From Hemiscyllium ocellatum (taxonomy: Eukaryota), in NCBI RefSeq assembly GCF_020745735.1, contig NC_083408.1, forward strand, positions 57,876,484-57,940,483: a DNA stretch of 64,000 nt, written 5' to 3'. Both the position numbers and the translations under genes were made by a program. Positions within the stretch are counted from its first letter, which is position 1. Each line of letters begins with the position of its first letter. Positions 1-12,151 of the stretch are shown one piece after another. Under the pieces are notes generated by a model. That model did not search any database and was not told the DNA's origin. It was given only the letters and a program-made list of their open reading frames with translations.

Positions 1-109
1 TATAAATTTATTTCCTGCTTTATGAAATTCCAGATTAAATCATCTGTCACAGTGGAATTAGGTCCTGAGTCTGGATTATTAGATCAGTTACAATATCACT
101 ACCCCTTTG

Positions 110-430
110 TCTAGATGTTCAGAATTGGTGATTGTAATTTTACTGAATTCCTGTCTCCCTTCCATCTCTTGATTTGCTGGAATGTTTTTGTATTTCTTAT
201 AATAAAGATAGAAGCAAAATATTTGTTCATTTCAGTTGCTGTTTCTTTATTATCTACAATACAGTCCCAATTCTCACACTTTGGTGGACCAACAATCAAT
301 GTTTACTCTTTTGACTTCTAAATACCTCTCGAAACTCTTCCAGACTGTTTTTATACTTGTTGTTAGCCTTCTCTCATATGTTAATTTATTTCTCTAGATT
401 AATGTTTTAGTCATTCTTCTTCTTCACATT
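110..430 (-). mobile_element. Old degenerate CR1 LINE ORF2 fragment
   Basis: Minus ORF contains ETATEMNKYFASIF, which matches the CR1 'EILNEYFASVF' motif seen in other CR1 copies in this window. Confidence 0.6.
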
Positions 431-499
431 AGTTTCTCAGATGGAACCTTGAAAGAATGTAATGCTAAACACGAGCAAAAATGTATACATTTGTGTAAA

Positions 500-765
500 T
501 GGAATAAGAGTCATTTCTGGAGCATCTTTCACAACCATCTAACTTCTCAAAGTGCTTTGACAGCAAACAAAATATTTTTAAATGTAGTCACTGATTTAAG
601 GTAGGAAACTTCTCAGCCAAAGACTGCACAACATGCCTCCACAAACAGCAATGTAATAATCACAATGTAATCTGATGTTGTGATGGTGAGTGAATGATAA
701 ATATTGGGCAGGCCACTAGGACCACCTCCCAGACTTTTTTCTTGTTGCAAAATGTAATTCAGTCT
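500..765 (-). mobile_element. DeuSINE-like (SacSINE1/AmnSINE-related) ancient SINE remnant
   Basis: caaagtgcttt...tgtagtcactg...gtaggaaac...ccacaaacagcaatgtaataat...gataaatattgggcagg resembles the reverse complement of the recalled Deu-domain SINE body. Confidence 0.6.
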
Positions 766-779
766 TTAAAAGAAACTTT

Positions 780-2330
780 TATGTACATATACAGTTACTG
801 AATCAGTACTGTACATGAAGAACAAATAAACATTAGGAAATGGCATTCTCTGCAGTTAAAAAAAAGGCATTTCTTAGTCATGCAAGACCATATTTCCATC
901 CATTTGAGGCACCAAGAAGCTCTGATAACTGAATGAATCCCCATTATACTTTGGCACAAAGAGCTTAAATGGTGGTCTTTCCTCACTGCGCCTTGTCAGC
1001 AGCTGCCCCAAGTGTGTGTCCTTTAGCACAGACTCTTGGACCTTGGAATATGTCAGTCTACAACACTCAGTTGAAGTTAACCCTTTACACTGGAATATCA
1101 ACAAGTTTCGGGCAGACCAAAGGGGATCGTTCACCGAATTGATGGTCTTCCAGATGCAATCGATGTTGGTCATGGTGCACATTCCAGGGAACAAACAGCA
1201 GAAGACTGAGTCCTGTGTCACAGAGCTGCTCCAGATGAACCTCAGCAAAGACTATTGCATTTCTCTCAACGCCATCTTTGAAAAAGTACATTCCAAAAAG
1301 AGATGTGTGACAGTCTCTTTATCAATGCAGCTGCTTCAAAGGCACCATGAGGTGGCAGAGAAAGTCCGGACAGACACAAAGGATCTCTCAGGAAGTGCCC
1401 TGTCTCACCACCAGCCAAGCAATGTCTCTGTGCTTGTTAGAATTGAGGCATTCTGCCAAGTGACTTTGATGATCTGCTCAGGGAACCATATGACAGGATC
1501 AGCCATCTCTTTTTCCCACTGAGTCATGAGAACATCACAAGTTGATAACTGCCAGATAGACTTGTGGCCTAAGATGTTTTTCTTTTATAAATTTCTCCTT
1601 GAGGGACAGGTATTGTGGAACGATCCAACTACTTGGAATGTTCTATGGCCACAGGGCCATGCCTACCCTTTGTAACACCAGGGACAAGTAGAATCTCAGT
1701 ATGTAGTGACATTTGGTGTATATGTACTGTGGGTTTGTATACAGCTTAATGCAGCCACACAAAAAGATGGCTATTAGGATGAGGGTGGCATTGGATATAA
1801 TCATCTTCTACTTATCCAGAGCTTTGTACATGGTGTCCCTATGGACCCGTTCCATCTTTGTTCACCAGATGAAGTGAAAGGTGGCTCAGGTGACTGCATT
1901 GGCACATAACTGGGAATAGGTCAGACCTGCATCATATATTGCAACACAGAGAATACTTCATACCTCATGGCCAAGCTTTTACCTGCAGTGGAGAGGGAGT
2001 GGTGCTCCAATGTGCCCAGTTTCTGTCGCACTTTGGCAATATGCTCCTCCCAAGTTTTGGTGTAAGCCCTGGCCTGTACAACCAATATACCCAGCATCTT
2101 CAGAAGTTCTGAGTTGATGGTGAAAGGATCGGATAGCCAAGTTCCCAAAGAACATAGCCAGACCTCAATTTACCTTGGCTCCTGAGACCAGTTCAAACTC
2201 TGGTCATAACTCTGTCATAACTCTGATCTTCTTTGAAGTAGTGCCATGTGATCTTTTATGTCCACCTGACAGGCAGGCAGGGCCTCTGATCAAAGTGTCA
2301 TCCGTTTCAGAAAATACTTTTTCTAATGTA
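780..2330 (-). mobile_element. Tx1/L1-clade LINE, decayed ORF2 3' part
   Basis: Minus-strand peptides SSVTQDSVF..LFPG..NIDCIWKTINSVNDPLWSARNLL and KTWEEHIAKVRQKLG..SLSTAGKSL are typical of the Tx1 ORF2 C-terminus; multiple frameshifts. Confidence 0.75.
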
Positions 2331-2451
2331 ACATGTGCTAAGGTACTTGGCAGGAGCTGCGTCAAGTAAAACTAGACAACAGCATGCTTACAAACACATC
2401 AGGATACAGAGCCAAGTTTGGTTGAAGAAATTGTTTTTAATAAGTTTTTAA

Positions 2452-5237
2452 GAGTCACAGAGATGTACAGCAGGAAACACACCCTTTGGTCCGACTCATT
2501 CATGCCAACTAGGTATCCTAACTTAATCTTGTCCTATTTGCCAGCACTTGGCCCAAAATACTCTAAATCCTTCCCATTCATATACCCATCCAGATGCCTT
2601 TTAGATGTTGCAATTGTTTCAGCCTCACAACTTTCTCTGACAGCTTGTTTCATTCATGCACTATCCTTTGCATGAAAAAGTTGCCTGTTAGGTCCCTTCT
2701 TTTCCTTCCTCTGTCACCCGAAACCTATGCCCTCTGGTTCTGGACTCCCCTACCTCAGGGAAAAACCTTGTATATTTACCCTCTCCATGCCCTTCATGAT
2801 TTTATAAATCTCTGTATGGTCACTTGTCACCTTCTGACACTCCAGAGAAACCCACCCAGCCTATTCAGCCTCTCCCTGTAGTTAAAACCCTCAATCCTGG
2901 CAACCTACTTGTAAATCTTTTCTGAATCCTTTCAAGTTTCACAACATCCCATCCTTCCGATAGCAGGGAGACCAGAATTGCACACAGTATTTCAAAAGTG
3001 ACTTAACCAATGTCCTCGCTACAAAATGACCTCCCAACTCTTGTACTCAATGTTTTGACAAATTAAGGAAAGCGTAATAAATGCCTTATTCACTATCCTG
3101 TCTACCTACTATCTACTGTCAAGGAACTGTGAACCTGCAATCCAAGGTCTCTTTGTTCAGCAACACTACCCAGGACCTTACCATTAAGTCTATGATTTGC
3201 CTTTTCAACATGCAGCACCTCAAATTTATCTAAATGAAACTCTATCTGACTCTCCTTAGCCCATTGATCCATCTGATCAAACTCCCATTATACTCCGAGA
3301 TAAACTTTGCTGTCCACTACATCTCCAATTTTGGTGTCATCTGCAAACTTACAAACTCTACCTCCTATATTCACATTCAAATCATTTATATAAATGATGA
3401 AAAGCAGTGGACCCAGCATTAACCCTTGTGGCACACCACTGGTCACAAGCCTCTAGTCTGAAAAACCACCTTCTACCATCCTCTTTCTATAAGCCATTCT
3501 GTATCTAAATGGCTATTTCTCCCTGGATTCCATGTGATCTAACCTTGCTAACCAGTTTACAATGAGGAATCTCGTCGAATGCCTAACTGAACTCCATCCA
3601 TATCACATCCATTGCGTTGTCCTCATCAATCCTCTTTGTTATTTCTTCAAAATACTCAATCAAGTTAATAAGACATGTTTTCCCACTCACAAAGCTATGT
3701 TGACTATCCCTAATGGGTCCTTGCCTGTTCAAATACATGTAAATCCTGTCCATCAGGATTCCCTCCAACAATATGCCCACCATCAATGTCAGACTCACCA
3801 GACTATAGTTCCCTAACTTTTCCTTACCACCTTCCTAAAATAGTGGCACCACACTAATGAACCTTCACTATTCCGGCACCTCACCTGTGATATTGATGAT
3901 CCAAATATCTCATCAAGGGACCCAGCAATCACTTCACCAACTTCCCACAGAGTTTGAGGTACACCTGACCAGGTCCCGGAGATTTATCCTCCTTTATGTG
4001 AATTAAGACATCCAGCACTGTAATATGGACATTTTTCAAGATGTCGCTATCTATTTCCTCACATTCTGTATCTTCCATGTCCTTCTCCACAGTAAACACT
4101 GATGCAAAATACTTATTTAGTACCTCCACCATCTTCTACAGTTCCACACAAAGGCTGCCTTTTGATCTTTATTGATCTATTCTCTCCATAGTTACCCTTT
4201 TTGTCATTAATGTATTTATAAAATCCCTTTGGATTCTCTTTAACCCTATTTGCCAAAGATTTTCCTCTTAAGTATACTCCTACTGCCGTTATACTCTTCT
4301 AAGGATTCACTCGATCTCTCCTGTGTGTACCTGACTGATGCTTCCTTTCTCTTGATCAAAATCTCAATTTCTGAATTCATCCTGCATTCCCGACACCTAC
4401 CAACCTTTTCTTAGACCCTATCAGGAATATACTGTCTCTGGACTCTCATCTCATTTTTGAAGGTTTGTCATTTTCCAGCTGTCCCTTTTACCTGCAAACG
4501 TCCGCACCCAATCAACTTATGAAAGTTCTTGCCTAATACCTTCAAAGTTGGCCTACCTCCAATTTAGAACGTCAACTTTTAGATCCTGTCTATCCTTTTC
4601 CATTACTATTTCAAAACTAATGGAATTATGGTTGCTGGACCCAAAGTGCTCTCCCACTGACACCTCAGTCACTTGCACTGCCTTATTTCACAAGAGTAGG
4701 TCAAGTTTTGCACTTTCTCTAGTTGATATATCCACGTAATGAATCAGAAGATTTTCTTGAACACACTGAACAAATTCTTCTCCATCTAAACCCTTCATAT
4801 TATTGCAATCCCAATCTGTTTGGAAAGATAAAATTCCCTACCATTACCACCCTGTTATTCTTACAGATAACTGAAATCTCCTTACAAATTCGTTTCTCAA
4901 TTTCCTGCTGACTACTGTACCATCCCAGTAAGGCATTCATCCCTTTCTTATTTCTCAGTTCCACCCAAATAACTTCCCTGGATGTATAACAGGAATATTC
5001 TCCCAAAATACAGCCATAACGTTATCCCTTATTAAAATGCCACTCCACCTTCTCTCTTACCTCCTTTTCTATTCTTTCTGTAGCATTTGTATCCTGGAAC
5101 ATTAAGTTGCCAGTCCTGTCCTTCCTGACCCATGTCTCTGTAATTGCTATGATATCCCAGTCCCATTTTCCTAACCATGTTTGACTTTCTCCTTTTCCCA
5201 ACTGTACCAGTCTCAGACTGATCTCTTTTCTCACTAT
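2452..5237 (-). mobile_element. CR1 LINE, 3' half (3' tail, RT, APE endonuclease), decayed
   Basis: CR1 3' tail (agtcacagagatgtacagc) plus peptides SQHSFVSGKTCLINLIEYFEE, VLNKYFASVFT, DKSPGP and WDWDIIAITETW; collinear with the CR1 at 60820-63952. Confidence 0.9.
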
Positions 5238-5690
5238 TGTTATGACGTGAGGTAAACGCTTCTGCTTAATTTAAAGCAGCAACACAGAAAAGGTTTATCC
5301 CATGCAGTAGTCTATGAAAATTTGAGAGGCCAAGAACTATTTAAAGTAAAAATTAACAACTTTATTTCTTAAAGTATAACAGAGAATAATTATCTAACAA
5401 CTATTTACAACTCCTTCCTCTAACTTACCTATTACCTTCTCCTTCCACAATACTAGTCTGATAAAACTCCCGACTAAGATTTATAAAACAAATCTTCTTA
5501 TCTCAAAACCAAGTATCTTTCAGTTTTCTCTGTATTCCTGTGTTTTCTTCTTCTTGAGGATTCTGTTTCACAGGCTACTGATCAATAAAGGTACCACTAA
5601 GAGAACTATGATTCAGACAGTCTTCACATGCTGGTAGCTTGGCAGTTCTCCTCTTAACTGTTGATTTTTCCCCGGTCTTATTCCTCTGGA
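5238..5690 (-). repeat. 3' LTR (partial) of the Gmr1-like element
   Basis: Non-coding; terminus reads ...AACA on the minus strand; AATAAA on the minus strand at ~5361-5366; abuts a truncated RNase H. Confidence 0.65.
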
Positions 5691-8600
5691 AAATGTTGAT
5701 CTTCTTCAAAATGTAACCAACTGGCAGTCAATCCCATCATTATCTTCCTGCAGGAGTATAGCTCCAACTCCCATGTCACTAGCATCAATGGCGACTTTAA
5801 AAGGTTTTGAAAAGTTTGGCATAGCTAAAACTGGTTTGGTGGTTAATATTAGATGGTTGAATATTAATTTCAGATGGTTGAATACCTCCTGGCATTGTTC
5901 TGTCCATCGAAGCTTTGTGTTCTTCTTCAGCAATGGTGCCACTACCTTGCTGAAGTTTGGAACAACTTCCGATAGAATCTGCTGAGTCCTAAGAATTGAA
6001 GGTTGGTTGTGCAAATTCCTTGATGGCCTTTGTCTTTGTGTTCCATGGGGGTCAACCTTCCATGACCGATGTTATGTCCCAAGAACGTCACCTCTGCTTT
6101 CACAAATTCAGTTTTATTTAAGTTTATCACCAGTTTTGCTTCTCATAGTCGTTCAAAGAGCTCTGTCAACTGTACTATGTGGTCTTTCCAAGACTTACAA
6201 AAGATCACTATATCATCCAAGTAGACTGCATTGTTTGTTAACCCAGGCACAACTCTGTTCATGAACCTTTGGAATGTGCCAGATGCATCATTCTTCATTC
6301 CAAAGGGCATCACTTTAAATTGATATAGCCCATTTGGGGTTACAAACACAGAAATTTCTTTCACTGTCTCTGATAAAAGGTGCCTGCCAGTAACTACGCA
6401 TTAAGTCCAATTTGATGATGCAACTGGCTTGTCCAACTTTCTTGGTACAGTGCTCCAACCTAGGACTTGGATCTGAGTCTGATTTTGTAACAGCGTTGAC
6501 CTTACGATAATCCAAGCAGAATTGTTGAATCCCATCTGGTTTGGGACGATCAGCAAACTCCACTCACTCTGGCTTGGTTCGATGATGTCCTTGTTGAACA
6601 TGTTCTCCACCTCCACCTGGACCTGTCTGGGTTTGAAAGGATTAAGCTGATGGGGGTGTTGTTTATCAGAGCCGTATTCCCTATGTCTACTTCATGTCTC
6701 ATAATATTTGTCTTCCCCATCTGATTCCTTTATATCCCCTTATACTGCAGTAACAAATATTTCAGTTGTGTTCTGTGCTCCTGAGGCAGATAGCTTATTA
6801 ACCTTTCCCACTCCTCAAGGACTTCTTCATTTTTAATCTACTTTAAGGCACATCAATATCCACATCATCTGGATTTGATTCCTCAATCTGCAGGGCAGTA
6901 ACTAACACCTGTTTGTCCAGTTCTTTCCCCCGAGTATAATACGGTTCCAACATGTTCACATGACTTATCCGATACATTTCTTTTCTATCTGGCATCTTTA
7001 CTAGATAGTTCACTTTGACTCAACTTTTTTTTCTCAATTTGAAAATGACCACTAAACCTGGCTTTGAAGGGATCTCCTATCACTGGTAACAGTATTAACA
7101 CGTTATCCCCTTGCAAAAATGTCTGAGTTTCAGAGCTTTTATCTACCACCTGCTTCATGCTGTTTAGCTAACTCACCTACTGTATTTAGTCTCTCTCTCT
7201 CACTTCCGATACATAATCTCTGACTTTGGTCCTACTAATTTTTCTTTAATTAATTTCAAAGGGCCTCTGACTTCATGACCAAATATTAACTCAAAGGGAG
7301 TGAACTGAGTAGATCATTGAGGACATCTCTAATGGCAAACAGTACTTTTTCCCAATCACTTGGATAATCCTGACAGTATATTCTCAACATGGTTTTCAGG
7401 GTCTGATGCCACCTTTCTAAAGCTCCCTGGGATTCAGGATGATACTCACTGGATTTAAGGTGCTAAATACCTAAGCTATCCATAACCACCTCAAACGACC
7501 GAGCAGTAAAATTTGACCCTTGGTCCAACTGAATCTCTCTGGGTAGCCCATACCGTGTGAAGAAAGCTACTAACTCCTCTACTACCCTTTTTTGCCTTGA
7601 TAATCCACAATGGAATTGCCTCCAGAAATCTGGTAGATACATCCTTTACGGTTAACAAGTACTGGTTCCCACAATCAATTATAACCCGTTTGAAATGTTC
7701 TTCGAATGCGGGAATTGGCAACAAAGGTGCTGGTTTTATTACCGCCTGCGGCTTACCTACCATTTAGCATGTGTGACACGTACGGCAAAAAGTTAACCAT
7801 ATCTTTGTGCATTCCAGGCCAATAAAAATGTTTTTGTACTTTAGCCCGAGTCTTTTGTACCCCAAGGTGACCTCCTACAGGTAGTTCATGTGCTACTCTA
7901 TAATACTTCCTGTCTGTGTGCTACCGGCAACACAACTGGTGCACTTCAGCCCATTTCTGTTCTGCACTAACCTGCCATGGTCACCATTTCCACCTTAAGA
8001 TTCTATCTTTCAGATAAGAACCCTCCAGAACACACTCTGCCTCTCCTTCAGAGTACGCATCCACGTATATATCTTTTATTATCTTGTCTTGCTGTTGCAA
8101 GTCTCTTAGTCTTTCAGGAGTAAACACTTCTGTCTGACCCTCTGCCTGTTCAGGTTTATCCTGCACCATTACATCAAACAGGGTATCCACTAAATGAACC
8201 TCAACTCCTTCATCTTTCTCTTTACTTTTCACTTTGTCCTGTGAGTTATGATAGTGGGATCTGGTTACCACACAGTCTGGGAAAATACCAGGATATTTCT
8301 GTTTTAACTCCTCGGTTTCTCGGTCGTCCTTGGGTTTCTTCACAACAAGGGGTGTCTCTTCTACCTTGGATTCTGCTAAATCATTCCCAAGAACAAACTG
8401 AATTCCTGTAACTGACACTCTGTCAATCACTCTCACTGTAACTTCCCCAGTCTTGAGTTGGCACTCCAACCTGATCTTACATAGGGGAATGCTAAATTTC
8501 TGTCCATCTATCCCACAAATTATATTCTCTCAAGTAACAGATCAGATAGAGTGCATATTTGCTCATCCCTTACTATCAGCAATTGGTTAGATCCTGTATT

Positions 8601-8777
8601 TCTCAAAATGATAATTTATTGTTCTTCTCCCCCTGTTCTTTCTGAGTAAACTTTACTCACAGAGGTGAATTCTTTGTAGAGATCAGGTACTAACTCCATG
8701 CCCAGCCCCTGCCTAGGCTGTGCACTCTCCTGCAGCTCCTCGGCTCCTCTTGGTGTCTTCTTTACTACTTTCACTAA

Positions 8778-9806
8778 GGAGAAAGTGAGGACTGTAGATG
8801 CTGGAGATCAGAGCTGAAAAATGTGCTGGAAAAACACAGCAGGCCAGACAGCATCCGAGGAGCAGGAGAATCGATGTTTCGGGCATAAGCCCTTCTTCAG
8901 GAATGAGGCTGGTGTGCCAAGTGGGCTGAGATAAAAGGTTGGAGGGAGGGAATTTGGGGGAGGGGCGCTGGGAATACGATAGGTGGAAGGTGGTGAGGGT
9001 GATAGGCCAGAGAGGGGGTGGGGGCGGAGAGGTCGGGAAGAAAATTGCAGGTCAAGAGGGCAGCGCTGAATCCGGGGGTTGGGACTGAGATAAGGTGGAG
9101 GGGAGGGGAAATGCGGAAGCTGGAGAAATCTACATTCATCCCATGTGGTTGGAGGGTTCCTAGGCGGAAGATGAGGCGCTCTTCCTCCAGGCGTCATGTG
9201 GTCAGGGTCTGGCAATGGAGGAGGCCAAGGACCTGTATGTCCTTGGCGGAGTGGGAAGGGGAGTTAAAGTATTCAGCCACAGGGCGGTTGGGTTGGTTGG
9301 TGTGGGTGTCCCAGAGGTATTCCCTGAAACGTTCTGCAAGTAGGCAGCCTGTCTCCCCAATGTAGAGGAGGCCACATTGGGTGCAGCGGATACAGTTAGT
9401 GATGTGTGTGGAGGTGCAGGTGAATTTGCGATGGATATGGAAGGATCCATTGGGGCCTTGGAGGGAGGTCGGAGGGGGGGATGTGGGCACAAGTTTTGCA
9501 CTTCTTACGGTTGCAGGGGAAGGTGCCGGGAGTGGAGGTTGGGTTGGTGGGGGGTATGGGCCTGACGAGGGAGTCGCGGAGGGAATGGTCTCTCCAGAAC
9601 GCTGGTAGGGGTGGGGAGGGAAATATATCCCTGGTAGTGGGGTCTGTTTGAATGTGGCGGAAATGACGGAGGATGATACGATGTATCCACAGGTTGGTGG
9701 GGTATCCTGGTGGTGATTGGAGGGGCGGGGTTCAAGGACGAAGGTGCGGGAAGTGGAGGAAATGTGGTGGAGAGCATCGTCAACCACCTCGGAGGGGAAA
9801 TTGCCC
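8778..9806 (-). mobile_element. Penelope-like element 3' fragment (GIY-YIG endonuclease + pseudo-LTR, pLTR) inserted in Gypsy gag
   Basis: FTCTSTHITNCIRCTQCGLLYIGETG..RFREY GIY-YIG motif; 10-bp TSD ctttcactaa at 8768-8777 and 9807-9816. Confidence 0.9.
8868..8904 (-). ncRNA. Minimal type I hammerhead ribozyme motif in PLE pLTR (helix III altered by CpG decay)
   Basis: Minus strand: attc-CTGAAGA-a-GGGC ttat GCCC-GAAA-ca-TC-gatt. Confidence 0.65.
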
Positions 9807-9929
9807 CTTTCACTAATTCCACTGGCTTAGCTTCTTTCACCACATATTTTTCCACAGTTCCTTTCTTTAAAAACCAGCAGTGTGACTTTACATGTCCCAC
9901 TTTACCTCAGTGGAAATACCTGAGGCCTT

Positions 9930-11450
9930 TCCTTGAGTCCCACCCCTCCACCTTATTAATTTAAATCTTTCTGAGCAGCTCTAGCAAATCTCCCTGCCAA
10001 TATATTAGTCCTCTTCCAATTCAGGTGCTGTCGTCCTTGTACAGGTCACTTCTCCCCTAAAAGGGATTCCGATGATCCAAAAATGAGAATCCTTCTCCCT
10101 TGCACCAGCCATGCATTCATCTGCTTTACCCTCCTCGTCCTACTCTCACTAACTCATAGGACCAGGAATATTCCAGATATTACTACCCTCGAGGAACTCC
10201 TTTTTAAATTTCTGACTAACTTCCTATATTCTCCCTTCAAAATCTCATCCTTTTCCCTTCCTGTGTTAATTCCAGGTGTACAACCTCCTGCTGGTCCCAC
10301 TCCCCTTTGAGAATATTCTGTACTCTCTCTGAGATGTCCTTGATCCTGGCACCAGGGAGGCAACACGCCATTCTGATTTCCCACTGTCAGCTGCGGAAAT
10401 TTGTATCTGTGCCTCTGACTAGAAAGTTCCCTATCACAATTGATCACTTGGAACCTGACATACCCCTCATTACATTCGAGCTAGTCAATACCAGAAATTT
10501 GTTCTTTTGTGCTGCATTCCACTGAGAGTCCATCAATCCCTACATTTTTCAAAACAGCATGCTTGTTTGAGATGGACTAGCTACAGGAGACTCCTGCATT
10601 ACCTGCTTCCTCTCCTACCTTTCAGGTAACACATCTACCTGACAGTATCTGCATTTTTTTTCCCTTCCTTTAACTGCCTTGCATCACACCTCCAGCTCTT
10701 GCATATTTCGTATTGTCTCTAACTGTCACTCCAGCTGATCCATGCAATCTGATAGAATTCACAACCAAACACACTTCTTGCAGCCATAATCATCAGTAAC
10801 ATGGAAATTCTCCCTAATCTCCCACATCCAACAGGAAAGGCACATCACCCTACTAAAGGCCATCTTTGCTCCTTCACAAAAATAACGCAATCTTACTGAT
10901 CTCAGAAACACTGCTCAATCTAGCTTAGTACCTATGTTTTATATTTTGAAATTTAATCAAGAGACCGATCTCAATAAAACATTTAACCAAAAATTACCCA
11001 CTCTACTTACTGAAAAAAAGACAGCAAGGTGACACGTAAAAAATATGCGCTTATCTGCTCCTGTGCTGTGAGCATTCCCATAGGTTCCTCCAAGGTCAGC
11101 TCTGAATTTTGATGTTTGTTTATTTTTCTTGAACAGACTCCGATGTCCATAAGTAATTGAACTCAAACAGCAAAGCCAGTAGCTGTGGAGATTCACTGCT
11201 GTGTCAGCACTGTACATTTCTTTCTCTTTCTCTCTGACTGACGATGTGGTCTCTACCTTTGTTTCTTTTTTAAAGTGCGGTTGTTTTGATCCTTTTTTGC
11301 TCAAAGTTCCAAAACAATGCAACAACTTATAAAATGGTAATTGCTGCTCCTGGAGTTTGACGAAATCATCTCCAATACCTATAATACTTCAAAAAAGGAG
11401 CAGCTCTTCCAGCTATGATTTTTTCCTGTCCTCCATCTTGGATTATCTAG
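9930..11450 (-). mobile_element. CR1 LINE 5' half (5' UTR + ORF1 SGNH esterase), continuation of 2452-5237
   Basis: GREKDEILKGEYRKLVRNLKRSSSRVVISG and tail sequence collinear with CR1 ORF1 at 61400-62080. Confidence 0.85.
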
Positions 11451-12151
11451 AAAGAAGAAGATGACACTAGGATGTTAAGATTGAAATAGTACCAATGATA
11501 TTGAATCCATGATGTCTTGCCAACTCTGAATATCTCTTGTGCATTTCCTCTACCTGTACTGATACCTTCACTAAAATGGTGTTTAGTTTGGCAGTAACAG
11601 CTCCATGTTCATGTGTGAGCTTCATTTTGTAACAAAAAAGGCAAGCATATTGTCAAAAATGGCACATACTGAGCAACTGAAGTTTGATTACATTAATTAT
11701 AATGTAACGTTCAAAGCAAGTTTAAAGGTATTACATTATTTCATGGTAGGTTAAATTCACTTTTCTAATGAGAAGGCCTCTGAACATAATTGAGACAATA
11801 TCTAAACGAGAAGTTTTTGTTATTATTTGACTTACAGTATAAAATTCTGCACTCTGTACCATTTCCGTTTTTCTACTCGATAGTAAGCCATTGATCCTTC
11901 CGTAGATTGCTCTCAGCCGGGAATGACCAGTTGCTCTTGCAGCCTCTTAGCTGTAAATTTCCCTTGACCCACTCTAGTGAGCTCATATAAATTAAACAAT
12001 TTTAATGTGTGAATGTTTACTAGGCTATCTTAATAGCTTGTTATTTTCTCCCAGCCAAATGAAGAGTACGTAAAGCATCATTGCTTCATCCTGTCAGTTT
12101 GTGATCTGTAATCATGAATGTATTGAATTCAGTGTAATCTTGCTATTAGTT

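Larger units (their letters stand above)
5238..9930 (-). mobile_element. Gmr1-like Gypsy LTR retrotransposon, 5'-truncated (gag knuckle-PR-IN-RT-RH-3'LTR)
   Basis: Minus-strand order: gag knuckle (YFH*GKVGHVKSHCW ~9920-9875), protease (ILRNTG ~8600), integrase H2C2 + core (~7900-7000; AHELPVGGHLG..FYWPG..CRTC, RVIIDC), RT (~6620-6000; DYRKVN, MPFGMKN, YLDD), RNase H (AIDASD ~5790); element terminus tgtt at 5238. Confidence 0.85.

Noticed and set aside
1016-1522. 168-aa + strand ORF
   Set aside because: Antisense to decayed Tx1 ORF2; not a host gene
8808-9787. Pro-rich overlapping ORFs up to 197 aa
   Set aside because: Off-frame readings of the GC-rich Penelope element
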